From a bacterium (lineage in GTDB: Bacteria; Patescibacteriota; Minisyncoccia; Phycocordibacterales; Phycocordibacteraceae), in NCBI GenBank assembly GCA_021778295.1, contig JAJYCP010000004.1, positions 1 to 37,703 on the forward strand: a stretch of DNA of 37,703 bases, read 5' to 3'. The first letter of the stretch is position 1. Every line of letters begins with the position of its first letter. This document shows positions 1 to 8,035 of this stretch, piece by piece. Under the pieces are notes generated by a model. It saw nothing but the letters and a program-made list of their open reading frames with translations. It made no database searches and was not told the origin of the DNA. The translations under genes were made by a program, and so were the position numbers.

Positions 1-2
1 CC

Positions 3-407
3 GAAGGCACTGCCCTTCACATACACCAGCATCTCGATTTGCGTATCAATGGCAGTCCCGTTGCCGTTCCCGCGGGAATCGGAATAGACGAATCGGCCGG
101 GTTTATCTCGCCCGTTCACACGCACGACACCAGCGGCATCATCCATGTCGAATCGGACACCATCCGTAACTTCACGCTCGGAGAATTCTTCGACATCTGG
201 GGCGTGCGCTTTACAAAAGATTCTATCGGCGGCTATACGGCTTCCGCGACGACTACGCTCGCCGTCTATGCGAATGGTTCGCTTGTGACGGGCGATCCCC
301 GCAATCTCGTGCTTACCGAACACCAGGAAATCGTCATCGAGTATGGTACGAACAAAGAAATGCTTAAAACCGTACCCACGTCGTACACTTTCCCTCCCGG
401 TTATTAA
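3..407 (+). CDS. 5'-truncated conserved hypothetical protein with His-rich putative metal-binding motifs
   Basis: The frame is open from the window edge (EGTALHIHQHLDLRING...PVHTHDTSGIIHVES); stop TAA 405..407. Confidence 0.75.
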   Translation, partial: EGTALHIHQHLDLRINGSPVAVPAGIGIDESAGFISPVHTHDTSGIIHVESDTIRNFTLGEFFDIWGVRFTKDSIGGYTASATTTLAVYANGSLVTGDPRNLVLTEHQEIVIEYGTNKEMLKTVPTSYTFPPGY

Positions 408-620
408 AACCCACCTCAAACTCCCGCTCGGGTATGCGACAGAAAGGAGTACGCCGTCTTTTTGTGCTCTAAAAGCGGCTCGTACTCGTTCCCGTTACCA
501 CAGAGAGTACTTCCAAGTTTCTAATTCGCTTCGCTCATAAGAAACTTTAAGTCGCGCACTCCGTAAGCCTCTTTCTGCCGCATACCCCTCGCGGGGAGGC
601 GGGGGTTGAGGTGGGTTCTA
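405..620. mobile_element. Palindromic MITE/REP-like non-coding element, copy 1
   Basis: Terminal IR TAAAACCCACCTCAA / TTGAGGTGGGTTCTA; inner IR 430..446 / 571..587; core roughly 90% identical to 16351..16568; the left TA overlaps the upstream stop codon. Confidence 0.75.
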
Positions 621-652
621 GTGAAATATTTCCGCGCGGCGCGTGTATATCA

Positions 653-680
653 TATAATGGAAGACGGCGATACTTGGAGG
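653..680 (+). promoter_or_regulatory. -10 box TATAAT (653..658) and Shine-Dalgarno GGAGG (676..680)
   Basis: Consensus matches upstream of ATG 687. Confidence 0.55.
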
Positions 681-686
681 ACGAAC

Positions 687-1079
687 ATGCTAAACCCTAG
701 CCATAAAGACCGGCCTGAGATTTGGTTTCGGCCGAGTCCGAAAGTGCCCCTGGCAGTTCTTTCGGAGCTCATTGCCAATAAACGTGTCACGGCTACCCCT
801 CGCTTTGGTGCCCGAAACGGCGACCATCCGAAGGGCTACACGCGGGGAGGGATTGCGGTGCTTCGCGTATTTGATGATACGAATACCGAACATCTGAATC
901 GCACTGTACGCATTGAGACGATTGTCGTTTCGCCACTCCGGCAATTGACACCGATCGATCTGCGCAACACTCTCTCGTACAAAAACTGGAAGGAGGTGCA
1001 ACGCGAACTTTCTTTTTTCGAGAAACGCCCTGTAGGAGGCGACGAGGACGCGAGTATCATTGAGTTCTCATACCTTTAA
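687..1079 (+). CDS. ASCH/PUA-like domain protein (130 aa)
   Basis: ELIANKRVTATPR resembles the ASCH I..GxKxxTxR motif; VRIETIVVSPLRQLTPIDL and terminal SIIEFSY fit the ASCH pattern; GGAGG precedes ATG 687. Confidence 0.6.
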   Translation: MLNPSHKDRPEIWFRPSPKVPLAVLSELIANKRVTATPRFGARNGDHPKGYTRGGIAVLRVFDDTNTEHLNRTVRIETIVVSPLRQLTPIDLRNTLSYKNWKEVQRELSFFEKRPVGGDEDASIIEFSYL

Positions 1080-1096
1080 CCGACGTGGAGTACGAC

Positions 1097-2116
1097 ATGA
1101 CAATTAACGGCTTGCTACGTGAAGGGATTCTGAAGATTGCTTCGCTTCCTCCCGAAAATTGGCGGGACATCGACATCGAGGATGCGACGTCTCTCACCGT
1201 GCCGTTGATTGCCGAAGATTATCCGGCAAAAACGGCACTCATGTGGAATGCGGCATATGCGAAGTTCATGATGCCGGATCATAACAGCATGATGGTAGCC
1301 GACCCAAAGCACATCGTCCGCATCATGCAGGTGTTTCGAAGTGATGAACGGTATCGCGGCGGAGGCGCAGGTATCGGATTCAAGGAGGCGGTTATATCGT
1401 GTCTCGATGACATAACGCCTCTCGCCAAAGCGATGGGCGCCGTCAATATCATCAAAAAGATGCCTGATGGCAGCCTGGCCGGCGATAACACCGACGGTAC
1501 CGGCTATGTGCAAAGTCTTGAGAAAGAGTTTGCACTGCAGGGTCGAGAACTAAAAGGAGCGCAGGTACTCATACTCGGCGCTGGCGGTTCGGGGCGAGCG
1601 ATTTCTTTCGCTCTTGCGCAAAAGGGCGCGCGACTTATCATTTTGAATCGGACCGAGAAGAAAGCCGAAGAACTCGCGGAAGCTCTGAACACATACGAGG
1701 GATCGGCCATAGCGACGGGAGGAGGACGAGCGTTCATCCCCGAAGTGCTCCCCTCGCAAGATGCGGTGATTTCGGTTGTTGACGATGCACAGTCCCCGCT
1801 TGATGAGTACTCAGCCCTTGGCGACATGGAGTTTCCGGTGACACCGGACTCTATCAGGGAAAATCTTGACCGGACAGCGATGCTCTTTCGCAGGACAAAA
1901 CCGAATCTGATCGTCTCGGACATTCGCATCCGCAAAATGGAAACACCGATGCTCGCAGAGGCGCGGCGACAAGGAAAGCCGGTCCTTGACGGGATCCCCA
2001 TGGTGGTGAACCAAGGAGTCGCGGCATTCTGGTGGCTCTATCAGGAGGAGCTCGTAGGGCGCAGTATCGCGCGTGCAGATGTTGAGGACGTGATGCGGCG
2101 TGCCGTCGGAATGTAA
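1097..2116 (+). CDS. Shikimate dehydrogenase superfamily oxidoreductase with divergent substrate pocket
   Basis: GAVNII, GDNTDG, LGAGGSGRA, LNRTEKKA and GIPMVVNQG motifs; GGAG precedes ATG 1097 (alternative start GTG 1085). Confidence 0.85.
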   Translation: MTINGLLREGILKIASLPPENWRDIDIEDATSLTVPLIAEDYPAKTALMWNAAYAKFMMPDHNSMMVADPKHIVRIMQVFRSDERYRGGGAGIGFKEAVISCLDDITPLAKAMGAVNIIKKMPDGSLAGDNTDGTGYVQSLEKEFALQGRELKGAQVLILGAGGSGRAISFALAQKGARLIILNRTEKKAEELAEALNTYEGSAIATGGGRAFIPEVLPSQDAVISVVDDAQSPLDEYSALGDMEFPVTPDSIRENLDRTAMLFRRTKPNLIVSDIRIRKMETPMLAEARRQGKPVLDGIPMVVNQGVAAFWWLYQEELVGRSIARADVEDVMRRAVGM

Positions 2117-2143
2117 ACTGGACAGAATCTTCAATCGAATAAC

Positions 2144-2177
2144 AGAGCCCGCTTGGATAACCTCGCGGGCTCTTTTT
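2144..2177 (+). terminator. Intrinsic terminator
   Basis: AGAGCCCGC / GCGGGCTCT stem followed by a T tract, between convergent genes. Confidence 0.7.
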
Positions 2178-2211
2178 ATTCAACCGTGGAAGCGCAACTC
2201 TGCCATGTCCC

Positions 2212-2820
2212 TTAGAGTCGCACGGTGCGGAGTCGAGGGAAAATCTCAATCAGCAATTCATCTCCGTTCTCGTCTTTTATTGGGCCGAAAATAATGCGCA
2301 CGAACGGTACCTTGCTGTGCGCGCAAAAGTCCGCAAGCGCCTGCCAGTTAGGCGTGTGCACTTGCGGGGCAAGATTGATCGGAAGGTAGAGGCTCAGGTA
2401 CTGCGATGGTGTATAGCCTTTCGCGAAAATCTTTCCCAATTCTTGGGTAATGGTGCTATCGAAATCCCCGTTGAACTGACGGTCGGTGATCCGCTTCATC
2501 TGAAATACGTCACCGCTGACGCTGTCACGGAGAGTGGCACTGGAGTCAGCGGCATCGATGATCACAAAATCAACATCTGTGTTATCCTTGCGGAATTTCT
2601 TAATGGCACCGTTTTTGGAGATGGACCCCGAATTCAACTGCCGAAGTCCTTCTTGGGTGACAGGAATACCGATCAAAAACGGCTTCTTGAATTCCTTTTC
2701 GTAGAGCCGTTTAATCCTCACCGCCTCCGAAAGTTCGGTATCGCGGCTATCGCGACCCATTCCAAAATTGCGGAGATAATCAGCAATTTCTTCCTCGGTG
2801 CAGTAGACGAAATTTTCCAT
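2212..2820 (-). CDS. Hypothetical protein, possible PD-(D/E)xK nuclease fold
   Basis: 202-aa ORF; helix with E (TELSEA), then DVDFVII and FQMKR (D...QxK-like spacing). Confidence 0.55.
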   Translation of the reverse strand: MENFVYCTEEEIADYLRNFGMGRDSRDTELSEAVRIKRLYEKEFKKPFLIGIPVTQEGLRQLNSGSISKNGAIKKFRKDNTDVDFVIIDAADSSATLRDSVSGDVFQMKRITDRQFNGDFDSTITQELGKIFAKGYTPSQYLSLYLPINLAPQVHTPNWQALADFCAHSKVPFVRIIFGPIKDENGDELLIEIFPRLRTVRL

Positions 2821-2886
2821 AAGATGTTTGTGGGTCGCTACGAAGTTCCGAGTTCACTGAAACATATCTATACAAAGTTGTCAATG

Positions 2887-2972
2887 CGGAGGCGGTGAGA
2901 TTCGAACTCACGATACCTTGCGGTATACCGGTTTTCGAAACCGGCGCACTAGACCAACTATGCGACGCCTCC
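2887..2972 (-). tRNA. tRNA-Ser(CGA)
   Basis: Cloverleaf with GGAGGCG/CGCCTCC acceptor stem, loop TTCGAAA, long variable arm, TTCGAAT T-loop; CCA not encoded. Confidence 0.95.
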
Positions 2973-3023
2973 TGTGCTCGCCATCCTAGCATTTCATGCT
3001 GAAAATGATAAGGTTTCGATAAC

Positions 3024-3095
3024 GGCCCTATCGTCTAACGGTTAGGACAGCGCCCTTTCACGGCGTAAATCGGGGTTCGATTCCCCGTGGGGTCA
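3024..3095 (+). tRNA. tRNA-Glu(TTC)
   Basis: GGCCCTA/TGGGGTC acceptor stem, anticodon loop CTTTCAC, GGTTCGATTCC; CCA not encoded. Confidence 0.95.
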
Positions 3096-3213
3096 CAGAG
3101 TGAAATTTCGGCAGGTGTGAACGAAGAAATGGTGCGCGCTCGGTATCGCCATTCAAATATAAGTCAACGAGCGCATCGAGCTTTCGCTCGATCTCCTTTC
3201 GATTGGTTTTCAT
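3096..3213 (-). pseudogene. Possible relic of a large serine recombinase reading into tRNA-Glu
   Basis: Peptide KEIERKLDALVDLYLNGDTER resembles the coiled-coil segment of large serine integrases; the frame continues antisense through the tRNA (VTPRGIEPRFTP*). Confidence 0.45.
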
Positions 3214-3241
3214 CCGTTCGACGGATAGTATACTTGGCGAG

Positions 3242-5617
3242 ATGACCCAGGAGGAGCAGTCGCGAACAGGGCCTACCAATACTGAAGTACTTGCTTCGTC
3301 TGTTGGATTACAAAGTGATTCGATTGAACGGCTTCGTGCACAATATGGATATAATGAAGTCCCCGCGCATCGCGAGAATCTGGTGCTCTTGTATCTGAAG
3401 AACTTTTGGGGACCGTTGCCATGGGTCCTGGAAGTTACCATATTCATCACCTTTTTTATCGGGAAACAAGCAGAGGCCATTGCCATCATAGTTCTGTTCT
3501 TTATCAATGCGGGGATTAATATCTACCAACACCAATCAGCCGACGCAGCGCTCGAGCTACTACGAAAGAAGATCCAGATGTTCGCACGCGCGAAACGTGA
3601 TAACACGTGGGTAACATTGCCGGTACGAGAACTCTTGCCGGGAGACGTCGTCCATCTTCAGATGGGAGATATTGTGCCTGCAGACCTCATTATCAAAGAA
3701 GGGTCACTGAGTGTTGACTTCTCAATGCTTACAGGCGAATCGCTTCCCAAGGAGGTTGGGGCCGGCGAGGAGATCTTTTCAGGGGGAATCATCCGACGCG
3801 GCGAAACGGCTGCGCTCGTCGAGCGAATAGGTGCCAATACTCGTTTTGGCAAAACGACAGAGCTGCTTGAGACCTCGCATGCGCCAACACATATAGAACG
3901 CGTTATTTTCTCTGTTATAGAGTATTTCTTTTTCTTGAATATCGGGCTTATTGCGATCATAGCGACTTTCGGAATCTGGGCGCACGCGCCAAGCGGGCAA
4001 ATACTGAACTTCGTCGTCGTGCTTCTCTTAATGTCGGTCCCTGTCGCCTTTCCCGTGATGTTCGCGGTCGCGCAGAGTTATGGGGCACTGCAGCTGGGAG
4101 AGAGGGGTAGAGTAAAAGTCCTGGTCCGGCGGCTAGCTGCGGTACAGGACGGAGCGATGATGGACGTGTTGTGCAGTGATAAAACCGGAACGCTTACGAC
4201 AAATCACCTGAGTATAAACGAAGTGACTCGGTACGGGGCGGCAGACCAGACAAGAGTGCTCACGCTTGCCGGAATCTGTAGTGATAAGGCTGATAACAGC
4301 ACCATCGATGATGCGATTTTTGAGCGCATAGCGAGAGAAAATATAACACTTCCTGCGCGGGAGCATTTCGAGCCGTTCGATTCGATCTCAAAACGGACCC
4401 GAGCAGAGTTTATAGGAGAACATGGAGAGCTCGAAAAGATCAGCATGGGGTTGCCTGAGGCATTGCTTTCAAACGATGTCGCATACGCACCTGAAGCCCT
4501 ACAGGATGAAGAACGCTTTGCAGCAAAAGGGTTTCGCGTCCTCGCCCTCGTTTCTGAAGGGACGGCAGGAAAACGATGCGAGGGGTTGATCGCGCTGTCG
4601 GATCCGGTACGACCGGATGCGGCCCAACTTATACGAGACCTTCTTGCTGCCGGGATAAGGACCATCATGATCACGGGTGACGGACGAAGAACCGCACGGA
4701 CCGTTGCCGCTGAATTGGGTCTTACCGGAGATGTGTGTACGCCGAAAGACCTGCACCTCGATCCGAGTATTGCCTTGCGGGCGAGCGTCTTTGCGGAAGC
4801 ATATCCGGAAGACAAGATCTCCATCATTAAAGCGCTACAGAAAGCAGGTCATGTCGTTGGCATGACGGGCGACGGAGTCAACGACGCGCCCGCGCTTCAA
4901 CAAGCAGAAAATGGTATTGCGGTTGAGAGTGCAGTCGATGTGGCTAAGCAGTCAGCGAGTTTCATTCTTACTACCCCGGGGTTGGAAGGAATACTGCAGA
5001 TGGTGATAGTGAGTCGAGAAGTGTACTTCCGCTTGCGCACGTGGACACTGAATAAAATCGTAAAATCCATTGAAGTCATTATCTTCACTACCGGCATATT
5101 TTTTATAACTCGTTCGTATATACTCTCGCCTCTTTTTGCAGTGTTGTTGCTCTTTGCTAATGATTTCATTTCCATCTCCCTCGCGACGGATCGGACGGGA
5201 GTCATCGCTCGGCCCGTGCACTGGAATGTTGGGAGACTTATCCTGGGCTCAAGCATATTCGCGATGGCCCCGCTTCTGAGTCTGGTGCTCATCTACAGCA
5301 CCGTCCATCTCTTTACCGGGTATTCATTTAGTACATTACGAACCGTGACCTATGTTTCCCTTGTCTTCTATGGGATAACGACGTTACTGGCAATCAGAGC
5401 ATGGCCGAGCGGGTTTAGTGTGCGTCCAAGCAAAACACTCCTCTTAGCTATCCTTTTCTCGTTCGTATTTACCTCCACCATAGCGCTGTCAGGCTTCCTC
5501 ATTACCCCCTTGTCCTGGCCGGTTATGATGCTGATCATCGGAACGGCAATCCTGAACTTCTTTATCATTGAGCTCATAAAGCGATTCGTCGTGGTACGCA
5601 AACTCATCGGCATATAG
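3242..5617 (+). CDS. P-type ATPase, probably type IIIA (plasma-membrane H+-exporting)
   Basis: TGES, DKTGTLT, MITGD and GDGVNDAPAL motifs; SVPVAFP in TM4 and LLFANDF...LATD in TM6 resemble P3A pumps. Confidence 0.9.
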   Translation: MTQEEQSRTGPTNTEVLASSVGLQSDSIERLRAQYGYNEVPAHRENLVLLYLKNFWGPLPWVLEVTIFITFFIGKQAEAIAIIVLFFINAGINIYQHQSADAALELLRKKIQMFARAKRDNTWVTLPVRELLPGDVVHLQMGDIVPADLIIKEGSLSVDFSMLTGESLPKEVGAGEEIFSGGIIRRGETAALVERIGANTRFGKTTELLETSHAPTHIERVIFSVIEYFFFLNIGLIAIIATFGIWAHAPSGQILNFVVVLLLMSVPVAFPVMFAVAQSYGALQLGERGRVKVLVRRLAAVQDGAMMDVLCSDKTGTLTTNHLSINEVTRYGAADQTRVLTLAGICSDKADNSTIDDAIFERIARENITLPAREHFEPFDSISKRTRAEFIGEHGELEKISMGLPEALLSNDVAYAPEALQDEERFAAKGFRVLALVSEGTAGKRCEGLIALSDPVRPDAAQLIRDLLAAGIRTIMITGDGRRTARTVAAELGLTGDVCTPKDLHLDPSIALRASVFAEAYPEDKISIIKALQKAGHVVGMTGDGVNDAPALQQAENGIAVESAVDVAKQSASFILTTPGLEGILQMVIVSREVYFRLRTWTLNKIVKSIEVIIFTTGIFFITRSYILSPLFAVLLLFANDFISISLATDRTGVIARPVHWNVGRLILGSSIFAMAPLLSLVLIYSTVHLFTGYSFSTLRTVTYVSLVFYGITTLLAIRAWPSGFSVRPSKTLLLAILFSFVFTSTIALSGFLITPLSWPVMMLIIGTAILNFFIIELIKRFVVVRKLIGI

Positions 5618-5659
5618 GTTTGATTTGAGACGATAGCGGCGTGCCTATGTTAGCATCCT

Positions 5660-7075
5660 ATGATGCAGACCTTGTTCGCGATAGTTCTGAGTGGCTCTCT
5701 CGCCACCTTTTCTTTTTTCGGCCATTCACTCCAGCCGATTATTACTTTTGTGGACGAACACTTGCCATCGTCATTTGGGGATGGCATGGGTGGAAACGAT
5801 GAGAATGCACCCGTGCCAGCGGCCACTTCAACAACACCCGCCGAAACGCAGCAGCAGCCGCAGAACATGACGGCGCTCGGCAGGTACAACGTACTCATTG
5901 CCGATCGGGGAAACAATCGAGTCATTGAAGTGACGCCTGACAAGAGAATAGTGTGGGAATACAACTTTGCACATCTGAAAAAAGGTTTTGGCGCCGACGA
6001 TGCATTCTTTGCCGACAACGGGAATACCGTCATGATGAGCCTTGAAAATTACAATCTCATCGAACAGGTCGACTATGCGACCCAAAAGATAGAGTGGCAG
6101 TACGGCACTCCGGGCGTCGCGGGGTTTCGCGCCGGACGTCTCCATACTCCCGATGATGCCTACAAGTTAGCGAATGGGGATGTTGTTGTGGCGGATATAC
6201 AGAATTGCCGCGTCATTGAGATTTCTCCGGAAGGAAAGATTGTCCGGCAATACGGGGTTACCAGACGTTGCGGGACCGCTCCCGGACTTCTCGATTCCCC
6301 CAATGGCGACACGCCGCTTCCAAATGGCGGCCTGCTCATAAGCGAAATCAAACCGCACGATATTGTCGAACTTAATAAAAACTGGAAGGAAATCGCGAGG
6401 TATCCCCTTCCAATCACCTACCCCTCCGATCCGCAACCGATGCAAAACGGCGATATTCTTGTTGCCAACTACCGCAACCCGGGTGCGCTCATCGAACTAA
6501 ATCCGTCGACGGGGAAAGTCGTGTGGCAATTTTCATATACAAGCGGCGACCGGCGCCTCAACAGACCGTCGCTCGCCATCGAAATGCCAAACGGCATCAT
6601 CCTTTGCAATGATGACTTGAATCACCGCGTCATCGCCATCGATAAAAATACGAACCAGATTGTCTGGCAGTACGGGGTAACCGGCAAACCCGGAGATGGT
6701 CCCGGTCAATTGAACATTCCCGACGGGATTTCCATAATCATGCGTGCGCCAAAAACAACATCAACGCCGCAGTCTTTGCACATGCCGGTATACACCATCG
6801 GTTATGTCATGCGCCATGCCGCTTATTTCTCCAACACAATGGTCGAGATGCACGGGTATGTCTTGAAGGATAACGGAGCCTACAGCATCGTATCGGATGA
6901 AAAGAACGGGGCCGTAACTGCGGGTGACCTGCCCATCGCGAGTACCGCGCTCGAAAAGCTTGCTCCGAGGACATCCTATCTTTTCAGAGGGACATTGGTG
7001 AAAGGCGGTCTTACGGCTTCAAACAGAAATCCGTACCATCTTGAACTGGCGAATGATCCTGTTCCGTATCCTTAG
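5660..7075 (+). CDS. Exported beta-propeller protein (NHL/PQQ/arylsulfotransferase-like repeats) with a small C-terminal domain
   Basis: N-terminal hydrophobic segment; repeated LIAD.GNNRVIEV..D..IVWQY blades; the start may be ATG 5663. Confidence 0.75.
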   Translation: MMQTLFAIVLSGSLATFSFFGHSLQPIITFVDEHLPSSFGDGMGGNDENAPVPAATSTTPAETQQQPQNMTALGRYNVLIADRGNNRVIEVTPDKRIVWEYNFAHLKKGFGADDAFFADNGNTVMMSLENYNLIEQVDYATQKIEWQYGTPGVAGFRAGRLHTPDDAYKLANGDVVVADIQNCRVIEISPEGKIVRQYGVTRRCGTAPGLLDSPNGDTPLPNGGLLISEIKPHDIVELNKNWKEIARYPLPITYPSDPQPMQNGDILVANYRNPGALIELNPSTGKVVWQFSYTSGDRRLNRPSLAIEMPNGIILCNDDLNHRVIAIDKNTNQIVWQYGVTGKPGDGPGQLNIPDGISIIMRAPKTTSTPQSLHMPVYTIGYVMRHAAYFSNTMVEMHGYVLKDNGAYSIVSDEKNGAVTAGDLPIASTALEKLAPRTSYLFRGTLVKGGLTASNRNPYHLELANDPVPYP

Positions 7076-7131
7076 ATCGTTGCCCGCGTGCGCCTTTAGA
7101 TTGGAGATGCTCTGTGGTAAAGTACCCGCAC

Positions 7132-7207
7132 GCGCGGTTAGCTCAGTTGGTAGAGCATCTCATTGACGTTGAGAGGGTCAGGGGTTCGAGTCCCTTACCG
7201 CGCACCA
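7132..7207 (+). tRNA. tRNA-Val(GAC)
   Basis: GCGCGGT/ACCGCGC stem, loop TTGACGT, encoded CCA 7205..7207. Confidence 0.95.
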
Positions 7208-8035
7208 ATGCGGCCGAAACAACACGTCGGGAAATCTTATCGAGCTGGTTCTGCCAGAGGAAAAAACTCGTCTGCCGGAAAGGTATACATGTACGGCAAA
7301 CATGCTCTCATGGAGGCGCTCGCTGAAGGCGCCTTGCCGACCGGTACACAAGCGAAAGTCATTCGCAAGGTATTCCTCGCAGCTGATATGCGGGACGGAG
7401 AATTGCAGGCACTTTTAAAAAAGCACGCAATTGCGACGGCGACACTCGCCGCCGGCAAGGACAAAGAGCTCGTTGGAAGAGATGCGGCACATCAGGGCGT
7501 TATTGCGCTCATGGACCCGTCTGCCCTTTTTGTGCCCTTTGATGACTTTGTAGCGTCACTCGACCTGAAGAAAAATCCGGCGATAGCCATCCTCGGCGAG
7601 GTGCAGGACCCGCACAATGTCGGTGCCATTATCCGCTCCGCTGCTGCCTTCGGCCTCGCCGGCGTTTTTATTCCCGAACACAATCAAGCGCCCATCACCG
7701 GCGCGGTCGTAAAGGCATCAAGCGGCATGGTGTTCCGTGTCCCGCTCGTTTCCATAGGCAATGTAAACACTACGCTCAAGACGCTTAAAGAAAAGGGCTT
7801 TTGGGTCTACGGGCTCGCAATGATGGGAACGACGACGCTCGGTACGGAAGCATTCGATGCGCCAAGCGTATTTGTCATCGGGAACGAAGGCGCGGGAGTT
7901 CGAGAAAAAACGCTCGCCGCGTGTGATGTCACACTCTCAATCCCTATGCACCGGCGGACCGAATCATTGAACGCCGCCGTCTCCGCCGCGGTCGTCTTCT
8001 ACGAGTGGTCGAGGAAACATCCGGAAGCGTTATGA
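7208..8035 (+). CDS. rlmB: SpoU/TrmH-family RNA 2'-O-methyltransferase (RlmB-like)
   Basis: YGKHALMEAL, HQGVIA, VQDPHNVGAIIRSAAAFG, IGNEGAG and ESLNAAVS motifs. Confidence 0.88.
   Translation: MRPKQHVGKSYRAGSARGKNSSAGKVYMYGKHALMEALAEGALPTGTQAKVIRKVFLAADMRDGELQALLKKHAIATATLAAGKDKELVGRDAAHQGVIALMDPSALFVPFDDFVASLDLKKNPAIAILGEVQDPHNVGAIIRSAAAFGLAGVFIPEHNQAPITGAVVKASSGMVFRVPLVSIGNVNTTLKTLKEKGFWVYGLAMMGTTTLGTEAFDAPSVFVIGNEGAGVREKTLAACDVTLSIPMHRRTESLNAAVSAAVVFYEWSRKHPEAL

Noticed and set aside
343-540. ORFs inside the repeated element (343..540, 16253..16486, 16308..16496) sharing peptide pieces such as VSNSLRS
   Set aside because: An indel shifts the frame between copies and the starts differ; the similarity reflects the DNA repeat only
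405-620. Repeat as a CRISPR array or integron attC site
   Set aside because: No tandem repeat-spacer units, no cas or intI gene, and no RYYYAAC/GTTRRRY ends
606-686. Longer N-terminus for the ASCH-like ORF
   Set aside because: It begins inside the repeat end and spans the promoter; the SD supports ATG 687
2317-2898. 193-aa plus-strand ORF
   Set aside because: Antisense shadow of 2212..2820 running into tRNA-Ser, with no motifs
7076-7131. attR-type duplication of the tRNA-Glu 3' end closing the ATPase islet
   Set aside because: No matching direct repeat was found
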